64,000 nucleotides of DNA from Auanema rhodensis. Taxonomy: Eukaryota > Animalia > Nematoda. Position numbers and translations under genes: made by a program. The DNA is taken from assembly GCA_964057225.1 (NCBI GenBank), contig OZ059895.1:13888001-13952000 (forward strand), given 5' to 3'. The notes below the pieces were generated by a model, which worked only from the letters and a program-made list of their open reading frames with translations, was not told the DNA's origin and searched no databases. Positions within the stretch are counted from its first letter, which is position 1. Each line of letters starts with the position of its first letter. Below are positions 14,387-30,339 of the stretch, one piece after another.

Positions 14387-16700
14387 AATACGAAAAAGAA
14401 AAAAGGAAAACGTATGTAATACGAGGGAATTTCAATAGAAATAAGATAGAACAATCAGTTAAAATAGGTTGAATGATGATTGAATTGAAGAGAGGAGATG
14501 AGATGAGAGGACAGATTGTGGAAAATCTGTTTCTTTGTGAATTTTAATAACAACTGTTAATCACATGTATAAGCTCTTAAACAAAAATTTATAGAACTTA
14601 ACATATAATTTTTATGAAAAATTAGTATTTTTCAATAAAAATAAAAGAAAATAAAGTTAAAAATCCTTATTTTTTTGCCTTAAAAATAATAAAAATTTAT
14701 ATAAAATATCTATATGTATATTTGAAATTAATTTAATATTAAGAATAATTAATTTATATATTGTAGGTGGTTAACAAAAAAACTTTCTAACATTATATTG
14801 AATATAAATATATAAATATTTAATAATAATAATAATAATAATAAAAATAAAATATATTTATAGATTATATAATTAAAATTTGAAAATTTTTAGACAAAAT
14901 AATGATGCAGAACGTTCGTCATCAGCATCATCATCATCTTACTATACATATATGGGATTTCAGATTACTTGAAGAGTGCTGAATAAAAACTTCAAAGCTT
15001 TTTCTCATAAATTTCATAGCTTGTCAAGCTTGAGAAAACTTTTCAGCTTCTCATCTCTTTTCTCTTCTCTCGTCCCGTCAAACATCCTCTTCTCTTCCTC
15101 CTCCTACTTTTTTTTTTCTTGGACAAAGTATGAGAAAAGATGTAAAAACTACAATCTTATCACATAAAATATGAAGAAATTTCTTTAAATATTTGTACTT
15201 TTATAAATGAAATATTCAAAAAAAGATTGATATTTAAGATAAAAAGGAAAAAATCAAATATTTTTAAGCAAAAAAATTAGAAAAAATAGTCTTTTTGGAA
15301 CATAACATGAGTGAGTGATAATACAAGAAAAGGGCATCAAATCGCTAAGACGAATGAGAGGACGAACATGGAGGAGGATGAGTAGGGAGAAGCCACTCTA
15401 CATAGGTCGTTGTGATCTAGACGAATTTGGCTCTTCAACATTTTTTTCTTCTCAAGAATTTCCTGGTTGTCATGTCAATCAACTTGTATGTTACCTATGC
15501 TTGTTGGTCGGTCTCCAGAGAGTTAACATCCTCAATCATCCTTATCTCTTTCTTCTTCCTTTCTTTTCTCTCTCTCTCTCTCTTTCTCTATACCTCCCTC
15601 TCTCTCTCTATCTCTCTATCTCTTACTCTCTTTCTTTCTTCTACTCTTCAAAACTTTTTTAAATTTCTTTTCGTTTATCTTATTCTATGTTTTATAAACT
15701 TAATAATAACTCAAAGTACCTGATGATTGAGCATGCAATATGTGCAGCAACTAACTTCTGAACTTTTTAATCACAAAAAGTTGAAAATTTCAAAAATTCA
15801 AAATAATAACAAGTACTTTTCATCTTTTTTTTCTAAAATTTTTTAATTAAAAGAAAAAAAAATATAAAATTGAAAATCATATTTGAATTAAATTAATTAA
15901 TTCAATTAATTTTTAAAAAATATACGAATAGTAATAATGAATATTGATTATACTTTTTGAAGTTTTAATACATCAAACATCATCAATAGTCTCTCTGGAA
16001 ATTTCATCAAAAGAATCTCGTAATCTATCTCTCCTTGTGTATTTCTCTCTATATATCTCTCTCTCTCTCTCTTTTTCCCTCTCTCTCTCTTTGTGTTTTC
16101 TCCGTAAATCCATACTCACATTCTACTCTTCCTTGAATAATCATCAATACTTTATGAATTTAGCAAACAAATCATCGATTACTATATGAATAATTATATA
16201 AATTATATATTTTGGTCTATGTTTCCTTAAGGATTTGAACTATACGAAAAGAAAAAAAACAACTTGAAACTAGGAAAGTTCAATAAAAAATTGAAATTTT
16301 GCTCAAAATGCTGCTGACTGAGGGAGCAGGATGATGAAGTGGCGGAGGGGGTGAAACAGTGAAAAAAATTTTTTGAATTTGATTTAGAACGAAAGACGAG
16401 GAAGAAGAAGAGTAATTCATGAAAGTGATCAGAAACTAGGTGCAACTGGCAAATGGCTAAGATGAAACAATGAGATATTCGTTCTTTCTCTTGCTTGTCT
16501 AGAAGTGAATTGCAATTTTCCATCTAGACTTCTCTCACAATCTACTCGTTTTGGTGGAAAATCTCTTATTCTACTCCAATTGCTCTCATTGCTCCTAACT
16601 ATATATCGAAATAGTTAACTGACTTGTCATCCGTTTGATTGGTGAACAAGCTTCGCCCGATTGTCGGTGAGCTGATGTCGCCGCTGCTGTCGGATGACAT
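10847..16700 (-). CDS. Cholecystokinin/sulfakinin receptor-like neuropeptide GPCR (ckr-1/ckr-2 family)
   Basis: GNSMVILVI, QMRSITNIYLINLAFSDLML, ERYFAICKPLHSRIWQTRSHAY, KQRVIKMLIVVVVIFFCCWTP, SSCTNPITYCFLNKKFR. First coding exon 16700-16624 (MSSDSSG...NQTDD) joins in phase 2 to the exon ending ~13905; the last exon ends LDDTS* at 10847. Confidence 0.9.
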
Positions 16701-17342
16701 GGTCCTGTCACGACGACGATGTCGACAATGACGTGGAGACTGCTAGCACTGCTATGCAATGGCAATCTAAAATAATAATAATAAAAGTAAAAAAGAGAAT
16801 AAAAAAAATTTTTTTTTGCGAAAAAAAAAAGAAAATGGAGGTTGTATGAGACGTTGATTATGACGGAATGACATGAGGTGGATTGACAATAGTATCATAT
16901 ACCCCGAACGAAAAAACGATAACGTTTGATGAAAAAATAAAGAAAAACGAGATTTTAAGTGAAAAATTGAAAGAAATGTTTGAATATACATCGAATACGA
17001 AGTAGTTTGAAGAAAGATCAATCATTCGGCCTTAACTGAATGATAATATCCTCAAATGGATGACGAGCACTTCATTTTTCCTTTTCTTGAAGAGATTTGT
17101 GCAGAAGAAAAAGTGAAATAAGAAGAAAACAACGAAAATATTATTTGAAGAAGAAAAAAAATTAAAAGACCAAATAAGGAAATTAAGAATAAGTTTGAGA
17201 TGTTGGTGTGCGGTCTAAGAATATTCTTCAGAAACAGCCTCAGGCACCACATTTTCCGCCATGAAAGTAGGTATCATCTTTCATGAAAATTGAAAAAGAA
17301 AATGTTATACAGAGATCGTTATATAAGTAAAGAGATGGAGAC

Positions 17343-17386
<44 letters not shown>

Positions 17387-19862
17387 TAAGAGTCAAGAGG
17401 TAAAAGATGTAAAAAATAAAATAAACGAAGAAAGGTAATAGGCCAAGTGAAATAAAAAAATATGTGAAATATATGAAAAAGCAACATATTTACAATACAA
17501 AACATAAAAAAATAAAATCTTTAAATATGAAATATATATAAAAAAAAATTTTGAAATGAAATAAAAATGGTTGATAAATTGATGAAATAACATCCAGAAA
17601 TAGTTTCTTTTTGAACTTTTGATAACAAAGTTTGAATGTATTTAACATCTGATTCTATTATAATGTACAAAGTGTAAGTACAAAGTTTTAAATGTTTCAA
17701 GCTTTAAGTTGTAAAATATAAAATAAGATTTACCTGTATCTGTTTCTATATTTGAATTATTAAAAAAAAGAAAATATTTGAATAAAATGAAATTTATATG
17801 AATATATGTAATATGAAAAAGAATAATATTCGTTTTGTATAAAAATAATTTTTAATAATAAAAATAAAAATAATGAGAAGTTCTCAAAAAACATTTGTAA
17901 ATGGTCAAAGGTTAAAAAGCAGAGGAAATGGAAGAATACACACATATACATAGAGAAGTTTCTTTGAATTGAAAAAGGATAAACGAAAATAGAAACATGA
18001 CAGTCATTTCCGTTCAAAGTAATTGATCTGTTTAATGAAATAAAAAAAGCAAAGTTTGGAAAATGTGAAAAAGAAAGAAGGGAATAGAGAGAGAAAGAGA
18101 GAGAAAGAGGTAGGAATAGGGAGAAACAGAGAGAGAGAGAGGGACAGACAGAGAGAGAGAAAGAGAGAGAGAGAGAGAATGGGAAGTTGAGGGAGGGAGA
18201 TGGAAGTACATAACTGCTGAAAAGCAAAGAAGGAAAACTGAAACAACTGAAATGATGAAAGGTGTGAAGTTTAAAAGCGTTTTAGAAATCAAAAAACTGC
18301 AAAAAGAAAAGAAAAATGAGGAGTTAGAAGATATTTCTTTAAGAAAAACATTTCTTTTACTCAAATTTCCTACCAGATCTTCTTGAAAGTTGAAAAAAGA
18401 AATGACTAACAGAGTTTCAAAAGAATAATGTGAGAGAGTAAGAGAGAGAGTAGAGATTGAGAGAGAATTAAGAAAAAGAGAGAAAATCATGAATGAAGCT
18501 TGAGACGTAATTGAAAATTAAGCCGTAAAACATGAACGGCGATCAAGTGCATCATAAAGATTAAGTTTTAAATATTTTTGAAACTATTGATGTGATAACA
18601 TGAAATATCATTATTAATGTGGAAAAACCTCAGTATTACTGAAGAATGATATGAAAAGAGAGAGAGAGAGAGAGAGATGGATGAAAAGGTTGAGAAGATG
18701 AAGGGATAAAGGGATGAGGTTGATCATCAGATGATAGAGAGGGAATACAATACGGTGCTCGAAGGATTTGAAGACCACAAAGTTTTTGAAGTACGAGAAA
18801 CAACTGACAGCAATATCAAGAAGTAAGCAGGAACGTTTTTCAACTGTTGATTGATCAGAAGCAACCATTCTTCATCAAAATTTTTAAATAGTTAGTAAAT
18901 ATTATATATTATAATATATATATATATATATATAACATAAATATTATAAGAAAATCAATGAGAAATAGCTTGTAAACACAATGAATTTAAGAAAAAAAAA
19001 AGTTTTGAAAGAAAACTTTGAAGTACGAAATACATAGATAAGACAATGAATTCGTTTGTAATGTTAGTTCTGGCATTTCTTCCACTTGTCATATGTCACT
19101 CAATACATTATTTTAGTATTATAAACTAAAAGAATAATAAAAAATATTTGAAGAAATAAAAAAAAAGTTTTTTTTTAATATTATTCTGAAAATTAAAAAG
19201 GTTTTTTTTAACTTTGAAAGGAGATTTGCAAATAAGACGAGAAATTTCATGAAAACGAATGATTGGATCACATTATTGAATCAAAATTAGCAACATCAAG
19301 TTGTCAGGCTTAAGTTCAATGTTTGATGACTTTTCTGAAACTAATTTCAAGTTTTAAACTTTAACTATACAAATTATATTGATTAGAATGTGAAAATATA
19401 CGAGAAAAATATAGAATATCATAATAATTTAAAAAAAAAAAAAGAAAAAAAATTATTTTGTTTTAAAATAAATAAAAATCAATAATAAAGTTTAAAATTA
19501 GTATAATAGTATTATTTTTGCTTTGTTAGAAAATAAATTATACAAATAGTCTACACATCTATTTATAAATATAGTTATTTACGTGAAAACTCACGTGAAA
19601 ACTCGCGTGAAAACTCACGTGAAACATATAAAGAAATTAGAATATTTATATAATCAAGATCTATCTGTCTATCTATAAATACATATAAATATAAATAATA
19701 TTATATTCAAAAATATTTAATTTTTTAAAAATTTAGTTTTAATAAAACCAAAAAATGATTGATTTTTATACATATACATACTAATAATTTTATATAATAA
19801 ATGATAATTTAAATTTTTTTTTATTCGTTCATTTCTTTAAAATAAAAATATATAATTATATT

Positions 19863-19903
<41 letters not shown>

Positions 19904-20544
19904 CTAGTATATTAATAAAATATCTCTTTATGATGTATACTATATGTATAGTATATGTATAGTATACGTATAGTATACGTATACTATACGTATAATATAA
20001 AATCATTTAGATATGTTTATGATTCACTCTTGTCTTTGCTTGGTTACTGAGTACTAAGGAAGTAAATTAAGATTTTTCCTTTAATCAAATTGATTTTGGA
20101 AATTAGAAAAGGCAAAAGAGCTTTGCTTCATGACGTCATCCATACACATATAATGACAAAATTTGAAGACGAACATGCTTGAACAGAAGAAGAAAATTTG
20201 AAAAATAAAAATAAAAATTAGCATGTAAAGTATTTTTATTTATAAATAATATAAATAATATATGATATAGTATAGTATAGTATATATTCTTAAATAGTAA
20301 TAATAAGGATAAGGTTAAGACTTTTATTCTTATAAACTAAAACAAATCAAATCAAAACAAAAGGAAAGAAAAGGAAAGAGAAGTGAAGACAAAGTCTGGC
20401 AAGCAAGCCGAAACAGGATGACTAAGATTCTCTTTTATTATATTTCGTAGATCATGTAGATCCATATTACTATTACTTAAGAATAAATAAAAATATGTTA
20501 CATCTATCTATCTATATTACTATATTATATAAATATAATTATAA

Positions 20545-20579
<35 letters not shown>

Positions 20580-22145
20580 ATATTATATTGATTATTATAA
20601 ATAAAAAGAAGAAATGAATAATACATATATATATACATATGTATACTATATACTATATACTATATATGCTTTACTATGTGTTTATTTGGAAAAAAACAAA
20701 TTCAAAATTCAAGTTAGTATCTCACGATGTTTGAAATGTTTCATTAGAAAAAGAAATAGAAGAAGAAGAATATGATGATGATGATGTTAAAATAAGAAAA
20801 ATGAATTGAAAAAACATATATTTTCAAATATTTATGTATAGATAGATATAGTTATAATAAATGTTAACTATACGTATAATAAAAGTTTTTTTAAAGTAAA
20901 TATGGAATTTGAAAAATATAGGATGAAACTCAATAGATAGATGATCATCATCATGTTGCTGTTTGAAACATTTTTTATACATTTTTGACGAACTTTTTGT
21001 TTATTTCTGTAAAAATTTATTTTTTTATATATAAAATGATCAAAAAACATATAAAAATATAATTATAATATTTAAATTCATTTATTTTAATATAAAAGAG
21101 TCTAATAAGATCATTGCATTGTAACGCTTTTGCACAATTTTTTCTCGAACTCCCTGCATCCGAACCTTTTTAATTCAATTTTTGGAATGAAATTGAGCAA
21201 AAAAGGCCAAAATAACGAAAAAATTCAAATATTTATTGAAAAGAAAACAAATTGAAGTAGTGTTACATGTATTTCATTATTGTTTTAAAAAATAAAAAGA
21301 ACTTTAGTTGAAAAAACAACAACACATAACTAAATTTGAGAAAGATTGTGGAAAAATTAAAAAAAATGAATTAAATTAATGAGAAAATTGGAAAAATTCA
21401 AAGTTGAACTTGAGATTAAACAACGAAGTTGAAGAAAGTTCAAAGTTAGAGGAATAGATGAACAGAGGTGGGTGTTGAAGAGAATACGTCGTTGGGGAAA
21501 GAGGAATTTGTTGGATAAATGGTAAAGCTGGTCCGAAAAATAAAATTATATCGAAGGGTATAGCACTGTAAAAGAATTGAAAAAAAAATTTATTATTTAA
21601 TTATAGTAAACAATAAGTTCGAACAATGAACTTAAGCTAGAATTTTGTGAGAAGTTGTTGGAACATGTTAAAAAGATGAAGAAAGGAGATGAAGCATGGG
21701 AAATTTTCATTGGAAACAATTGAGGTGAGATAGAATTTTTCTTATTGAAAGAAGGGAACATAAAAACAGAAGACAAATACTAATTTTTGATCTTTAATGT
21801 TTTTTTTTCTCAGATGAAAAACGAGAGGATATGAGCATAATAGAGAGAGAGAGATAGAGAGAGGGAGAGAGAGATAGATGGAGAGAGATAGAGCGTAAAG
21901 TGTGAAAGAGGTTAATGAAGGAGAGAGAGAATATGCTGAAAGGTGGTAGATGTAAGAGAGAAGGTTGGTTGTTGATGGAGTTTAGTAAACATAATGAAAA
22001 ATAAGAAATAGGAAGATATAGATAAATTGAAGAAGAATAATATTTATTGGATAATGATGACAGAAATGGGAGGAAGAGAGAATTGGAAAACTACTTGGAT
22101 TCTAATGGTGTAAAAGAGAGAAGAACCTAGAGAGAGAGCGGAAGG

Positions 22146-22181
<36 letters not shown>

Positions 22182-25100
22182 CAGAGATAGAGAGAGAGGG
22201 AGATGGGATACATAGAAGAAGAGAGATAGAGAGAGGGATATATATATATAGCTAGAGGGAGAGATAACAAGTAGAAAAAGAAAGAAAAGGTTAAAAAAAG
22301 GTTGAGTTAGAATAAAAAAACATCATTTTCTCTATAAATAATATCTAATAAAACAAATTGATTTTTAAAAAATATAAAAATAATTTGAAATAAATAAGAA
22401 AAAGAGGAAATATTTATAGAAATTAAAGAGGAAATATATAAAAGTTTAAAATAGAAAATCTTAAAGTACTTGAAGGAACTTAAGAATAAGAAGAGTACGA
22501 AGAAAGATAACTTTAAATGGTCCCGTCAAGAAAAGAAACGAAAAGAAGAAGATCTGTCTCTGAATGTCATAAGTCTACTGGGAAACATTACAGTAATCTT
22601 TTAGCTTTTATAAATAATTTTTACTTAAAATATATTAATTGTACTTATAAAGTAACTAACTATAATATTTATGAATGTAGTTACATAAATATTATCTACA
22701 ATACGATATAATTTAAAGATTAGCAAGTTTAAGTATGTTTGAAAAATGGTCCCAAATGGAAACATAACTTAAAGACGATTGAGTACAATACTTATGTATG
22801 TTCCATATCAAAAGCTTCCGACTTTAATCTCTCATTCTTTATTTGAGTTTAACATCAAACAAAGATTAAAACGATCGATATGTTCCTAAATTGAGCTTTT
22901 TTCTGATATTTTGAGTTCGTTAGTTGTCAGAATTTTCAGATCAAACAGTTGAAACACAAGTTCATTTAGAAAAGATGAAAGAAAATAAATAAAATTTAAT
23001 TTTGAAAAAAAAAGAAGAAAAATGTAAAAAATGACATCATGAAGTAGTTTATTCTATCTTCTTGTTATGGTATAGATCCTTTTCTAATTTTTTTTGTTCT
23101 TCATAATATCTTTTATGAATAAAAGAGATAATCGAGTAATTAAACAAAAAAAGAATAAATAGATTAATATATACTTATAACTAACTAACTATACATATAG
23201 TTAGTTAGATAGAAAGATGGATAGAGATTTTACTATATAAGTATATTTTAATTATATGAGAATATATATCCATATGTATAAGTATAATAGTTAAAATTTA
23301 AAAAAAACGAAGAGAAACTGGAAACTTTCACATAGTTAAATTTATAAAATTGAATAACAGAATGACAAAGATGAATGAAAAATGAGAAGAAAACATTGTG
23401 AAAACGAATGAAATCTTCAGGTTTTCTTGAAAATAAAATATTTTCTTGAAAAGTCTTCTGAAGATCATTGTCGTAACCTTAAGCTCAATACATTAAAAGA
23501 TTCGTGGGTTTCATGAAAAGAGACGAAAAAGAAAAGGAAGAATTTCAAACGGAAGTAAACTTAAAGAGCAATGATGATGTTCTGGCTTAATCATCTATGC
23601 CTTCGTCCGTCAACAATTGAGAGAAGTAACGTGAGTAACAACTACAACCTTTTCTAAGCTTTAGCATGTACATTTATGCTGGCAATAGGCTTCTCCTAAT
23701 TTCTTCACTTGGCTCTTAAGTAGGTATGTAGTAGATCCCTTAGTTGCTGTTGCTGTTGTGTGAGTAGTGTGTGCCGCCCGGTTTTTCGCGATACTCCATC
23801 CAGTCTATCTTTTCGTCAGAAAAAAAGTTGTATCAACTCTGTGCAGCTAAATACAATGGCTCATGTTGGACGGCCACATCTCCGGGGAACGTTCCATCAC
23901 CCATCGGAAACTTGACTGCCGGCGCGAACTTCAACTTTTTTTTATTTTACTGGACAACAGAAAACCGTCACAAATCCATCTGTTCACTAAGACACATTTG
24001 AACAGGCCATGTATGATCGTGTGAAGAACACTAACATAGAGAGAGAGAGAGAGAGAGAGTGAGAGAGAGAGAGAGAGAAAAGTACATTGCGAGTTGTTAT
24101 AAAGATACCGAGAGAGTGTACATGTGAAAGAGACATAGAGAGATAGAGATGTATTGTTACAGTATCATTTGAAATGAAGATGTATGCTTATGTGATTTTT
24201 AAAATAAAATATTTATTTATTTATATTTCTATTATTAATAATAATAAATTATATATTTCAAACTTATGCAAAATTGTTGTCAAAATGATGAAATAGTCCC
24301 TAAGGCGATGTTTGAACCTTGTTTAGAGATAAAAGAAATATTGCAAGGTTTTCGAATTTGTAAATGAATTATCGGTTGAGTAACAGGAAAAGATATTTGA
24401 ATATAAGAACATAGAAATAAAATAAAAAAAAAGAAAAAAGACGAAGAAGAAGAATATTAAAAAGAAATAAAATTATTAGAATATAAAGAAGAAAATGTAT
24501 TTGATAGTATAGAATACAATGAATTAAAATAGAACAAGTATACTATTACATCTTATTAATATATAAAATGAAGAAGAAGAGTTGTTGAATTAAAGAGAGA
24601 ATGAGGGACAGTATGAGAGAGAGGGGGGGGGGACAGTAAGAGAGAGAGAGAGGGAAAAACTTGGAATGGTTAGCTCATCTTGTCAAAATTGTTTGGGAAC
24701 AACATAAAGCTTCTTGTATGAATTTTGGGTAAGAAAAGATGAAGATTTTCTGAAAAAGCAGTCTCTAAGGAAACAAAATAGAGAAAAGAGAAAGTGATGT
24801 GAAATCTTTAAAATTCTAATAAACATGTATAGTTCTCATAAAAACTTATAATCTTATTGATATGATATATGATACATATAGTTAATAATCAATATCTATA
24901 CTATACTAACTATATATCTATATCTATCTATCTATCTATATATAGTATTTTCAATAAAAAATTTGAAATTAAAAATATATATATGATATCCATCATTTTT
25001 GTTGTTTAAAGTACAAGAATGACAGCAAAAAATAAAATGTTTATTGAATTTATTTCATTTTTCTAACTTTTATTTATTTTAAATATTTTTTTTCTTTTTT

Positions 25101-25312
25101 TGATTTTAAAAGAAAAGAAAAAGATTAAATAAGTTTATATACATATATCTTATATCTATATTTATTTATATGTATATAGTTTAAATAAATATAAAAATTA
25201 AAAAAGAAACATAATGATTTTCAAACAAAAATGTTTTAAAAGAAAAAAAAAACATTTGAATAAACAATAAACTTTTTAATTCTTTACATGTAAATTCTAA
25301 AATTTATTAAAT

Positions 25313-25370
<58 letters not shown>

Positions 25371-26923
25371 AATAGTAAATTATTATAATCCATGAGATAT
25401 CGTCATAATCAACCGTATTGTGATATGAAAAGCCAATAAATGAAGAATTTTGACGTGAAAGTCCGAAAACCAACGTGGAACTCCTTCGACGTTTTCTATT
25501 GAAATTTGAAAATGATGGCCCACGCTTTAAATAAGTTTAAATGAAAATATCTATTATATATATATATATATATTTGATTTAAATATTATAAAATATATGA
25601 ATATACTATATATACTATATATAGATATACATATATATATGTTTCTATATCCTTTAAACATAATCTTAAACAACGCTCGATAACATACAACTTGATGACA
25701 CATGGAATGAAATGAAGTTTTTGTGATGACTAAGGTGACAGCAAGAATACGTAACGACGTCAGAATAATTAATTTTATCGTTGTCTTTTTACTAAAAGCT
25801 GTATGTATGTGAATCACACATGCTTGTCTTTCTTATCCATCTTAGCAAAGAGACGACGTAAAAGAGAATTTCAAAGTGTGAACAGGGAATTCCTTTTATT
25901 TGAATAAAAAAGAAGAAAATTTTTCTTTTTGTTGTCTGTCATCCGATTGAAATTTCAATTTTTGACGCCAAAAAGGTTCGTTTTTTATGAAAAAAAAAAT
26001 GAAATAATAAGCTTAATCAGCTGATACTTGTCAAAGTTTTTAAAGACAATGGAAAAAATAAAATGAAATTTCTATTCAATCCCATCGGCAAAAGTGAAGA
26101 TTTTTGGCAAAAGAATGAAAAAGTTCATGTATGCATGTATGAAAAAAAACTTTTTTTTCTTTTGAAAAGAGGTTGTGAATAATTAAAATTTGAAATTATG
26201 GAAAATAAAATGTGACAAGAGTTACAACTCAAAAATTTCTAAATTGAATACTGATATGAGACTGAATTAGTCTATAATCATTCTTGAACCTATTGAAACT
26301 TGATCTGAATTGGAATAACTTCATCCATTGAAGATAATATCTAATCATTTGAAAATTGAAATCTTCTTATAGTTAAATAAAGAAAGAGAGAGAGAGGGGC
26401 AGAGAGAGAGAGAGAGGGAAAGAGAGATATGTGGGAGGAGGATGACTTGAATCTCAGATGTTAAATGAGACGGAAAAAACAAAGTTAGAAGATAGGAAAT
26501 GAAGAAAAGAAAAAGATAGACAAGGTACTGAATTTACTTTTTTTTCATTTTTTTTCTAAAAAATTTCAAAAAATGAATGAAAGAAGAAGAAATATCTTTA
26601 AATATATACGTATGCATGTATGAATGAATGTATATGAAAACGAATTGGTAAAAGATTTTTTAAAAATTTTGAACAAAAGATTTTCAAAGACATAGATGAT
26701 GAAGAGAAAAAGAAGGTTTGATGCATGATTTCCAATAGAAGTTTCAGAAAAGTTGAAAGGAAGAAGTTGAATTGCAACAATCTGAATGAATTTAGAAGTT
26801 CAAGTACTAAACTAGAAGAAAAGAAAGAGGTAAAAGTCGTTAAAAGAAAAGAAAAGAATGAAGGTAAAGAAATAGAGAGAGAGAGAGAGAGAGGGAGGAA
26901 TAGAGAGAGAGAAATAGAGAGAA

Positions 26924-26958
<35 letters not shown>

Positions 26959-28129
26959 GAGAGAAATAGAGAGAGAGAGAGAGAGAATGTCATGGATTTC
27001 ATGATAATAAAAGTTTATATTATTTATTATTTTATATTTTGTTATTTCTTCATTCAATTTACAATGTTCATAACTCAACCCCTCTCCCCATCTCCTATCT
27101 TCCTTTCACATTCTACAGTTGGAAATTCTGAATACTTTGATGAAAAACCAAGAATATCACAAGAGATTCAACTTAACAACTCAACATAGTCAATGATCTA
27201 TGTATGTAGATATAACTACATATAGTTCATATACTATACTTAAAGAGAAGAAAATGTCAGATTTTGTTCCGAAATCATGAACTGGCATTGTACTTCATTC
27301 GAACTTTCATCTTCATTTGTATCTTTAAAGTTTTATACTAACATAGAAAATAGAAATAACCTCTCATAGCATCTCACACCTTACTTCAATAATTTCATTT
27401 TTCTTTCTCTCTCTCTCTCTCTTTCCCTCTTCCTCTCTCTCTCTTTCAAGCTTCGTCAAAATAAAAGTTTCAGAAGTTGCAACGAATATTTGCAAAGAAT
27501 CGTACGGAGGAGATAGGAAAAGAAAGGATGAACGACTACAAGTGCTCCAAAGAAGAGTATGCAGTATGAGTTTCGTTGCTATAAACATACTCCAGTGGAT
27601 TTAAAACTTTTAATAGAATGCAGTTGATGTGTCTTGGGAGAGAGGAAAAGAGAGTAAGAGAGGAAGAGAGAAAGGAAAAAAGATTTGTTCATAAATCATA
27701 TTATAACATTTATAAAAAAAGAAAAACTTAGCTTTGCAAAGATGAAAAAGGTTTTTCAGTAAGCTGTGATTACCAGTTCAAACTAGTTTTTCTCCATAGA
27801 TATTTAAGCTTTTTTGTCGTCTTCATAAGGTTTTCAATCGTTACTTCGCGCCTGAAGCTCGACAAATGAATTGAATCGCCTCAGTTACTCTCGTCGTTTC
27901 CTTTTGATCGTCTTTTCTATCTTTGCGTCTTTCACTTACTCACTTGTAAAGTTAAATCATCTCAGCTTCAAGAAATCAGATCACGAGGTTACAAATGAAG
28001 AAATCATTGATTGATATTACTTCTTGGATTCAATTGTAAAGATGCTTCTTAACGTTAACAAATTCTTTTTCCGTATAAAGCAATCAAGCCCTTCATCAGC
28101 TTTATATCTCCCTTTACTCTTCTAATCTC

Positions 28130-28196
<67 letters not shown>

Positions 28197-29636
28197 ACCA
28201 TATTTCATCTCATACTAAGATGATTCCTATTGGTTTCTTTAATAATTTGTAAATAAAAATAAAACATTTCATTAAATATAATAAAGGCTAAACATATAAC
28301 ACATAATCTCTTTCAAATACTCATCAAATCAATTTATTATAATAAAAAAAAGTAAATAATAATAAGAAAAATAAATATATAAACTACACAGAAAACGAAA
28401 AGGAGGGAGGTAGTAGGAGGGAGGGAGGGAGGGAGGTAGTAGAAGGGAGGGAGGGAGGTAGGGAGTAGGAGGGAGATATAAAGAGATTTCGTTCAATAAA
28501 ATGTTCTTCTTTATTTTATTTGTATTCAGGTAAATTAGGTAAATGTTGTAATGTAATAGATTTACATGAAGATGATGTTGAATAGAAGAAAACATTTCAA
28601 AATTGTTTTTGAAACTTAGAAATAAACATTATATTCTTGAATTGTTTAAGAAAGCAAAAAGTTCAAAATGAAAAAGTATGAGATAAGATGTGTAAAAGAG
28701 AAATAGTAAATCATATAAGTGAAGAAGTTTGAAATAGAGGATAGGAAGTGAGGATGAAAGAGAAAGTTAGATGAAGAGAGAGAGAGAGAGATGAAGATAG
28801 AGAGAGAGAGAGAGAGATAAAGAGAGAAAGATTTAGCGACCTTATACGGTTGCTTAACTTAAGTTTACACTTGTTCAGTAGTAAAGCTCTCTTCCCTTTA
28901 GACAGACAGACAGACAGACAGAGAGACATAATATATAAGCCCTAAGGCAATATTGAATGTTGTATATAATCCACGTGAGATATTCACAAGATCAAAATTG
29001 TCTTCAAATATTAAAAAATATTTTTATTAATCCAATTTTAATTTATGTCATTATTATTATTCTAATCTTCAGACGTCAATCATCAAATCATGATCTTTCA
29101 ACGATTTGTACGAAAAAGTTTTTGGAGCAACTGGACCGTATATGTAATTCAAATTACATATAACTAACTAACAAACTTGCAACTTACACAACATTTTTCT
29201 TTAAAAGTACATATAATATAGAATATATAGTTAATACATATATATATATATAATAAATATTTATAAAGAATATTCGTTAAGTTTTATAATAAAGTTTTAT
29301 AAATGAAAATTAAACTGATCCATTTGAATAGTTTAACGACTAGCTAATGATTCTAATGGGAAAAACCTTAACTATAACTCTTTACTATAATATATAATTC
29401 AGATTATTCATTAGAAAAAAGAAAAAAATTGAAAGAAGTATAGAATAATTAAAATATTTTATTTAATTATTTAAATATTTAAATATTATAATAATAAATA
29501 CTGTTTTTATTATTTTTATAGAAAAATATTTATTTTTAAGAAAAAATTATAATTAATATAAGTTTATAATGAATTTTTCATCAAATATTTAGCATAAATC
29601 AAGTAAAAGAAATAGATGTGAAAACGTCTTAATCAT

Positions 29637-29693
<57 letters not shown>

Positions 29694-30301
29694 TTCTCTC
29701 TCTCTCTCTCTTCTAAATCTAAAACCTCTTTAAATCTTTTATATTAAATAATTTTCATAAGTTTCTTGTCCTATAATATAAAAGTATTTTGAATAATTTA
29801 TTAAAACTTAAGTTTGAAACCAAATAAACTTTTCATTTTTGTTTATTTTAAAATTAAAAATTAGACGATATAAACACATAATATTCATTTTTATTCCAAA
29901 GAATTGATAATAACTCAATGTGAAAAGTAGATTGCTAAACGAATTTTTTTATCTTTTTTATGTCTTCTAAATGATATTTTAATTTATTTTATTTTATATT
30001 TTATGTCATTAATAATGAATTATCTTTTCTTTTTATTATAATTTTCTAATAAAAATATTATCAATATCTATACAAACATACATACATACATACATAGATA
30101 GATAGATCATATAGCTACTGTATATTCTATCTTTAACTATATGTATAGTATATCTATATATAATTGATTATTTGAACATTTGATTCTTTAAATGAATTTC
30201 AAAGTTCATCCTCAACTTTCAACCTTTTTCTTCTTTTCTATTCCCTCTCTCTCTAACTTATTCACACACATATACAATCTCTTCTCTCTCTATCCACTCT
30301 A

Positions 30302-30339
<38 letters not shown>

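Noticed and set aside
19578-19625. CRISPR-like or prokaryotic repeat interpretation
   Set aside because: No unique spacers and no cas genes; the window is clearly intron-rich eukaryotic DNA.
14976-28929. Numerous 60-155 aa ORFs rich in SLSL/ERER/YIYI
   Set aside because: They are translations of (CT)n/(AG)n/(AT)n microsatellites, with no domains or splice structure.
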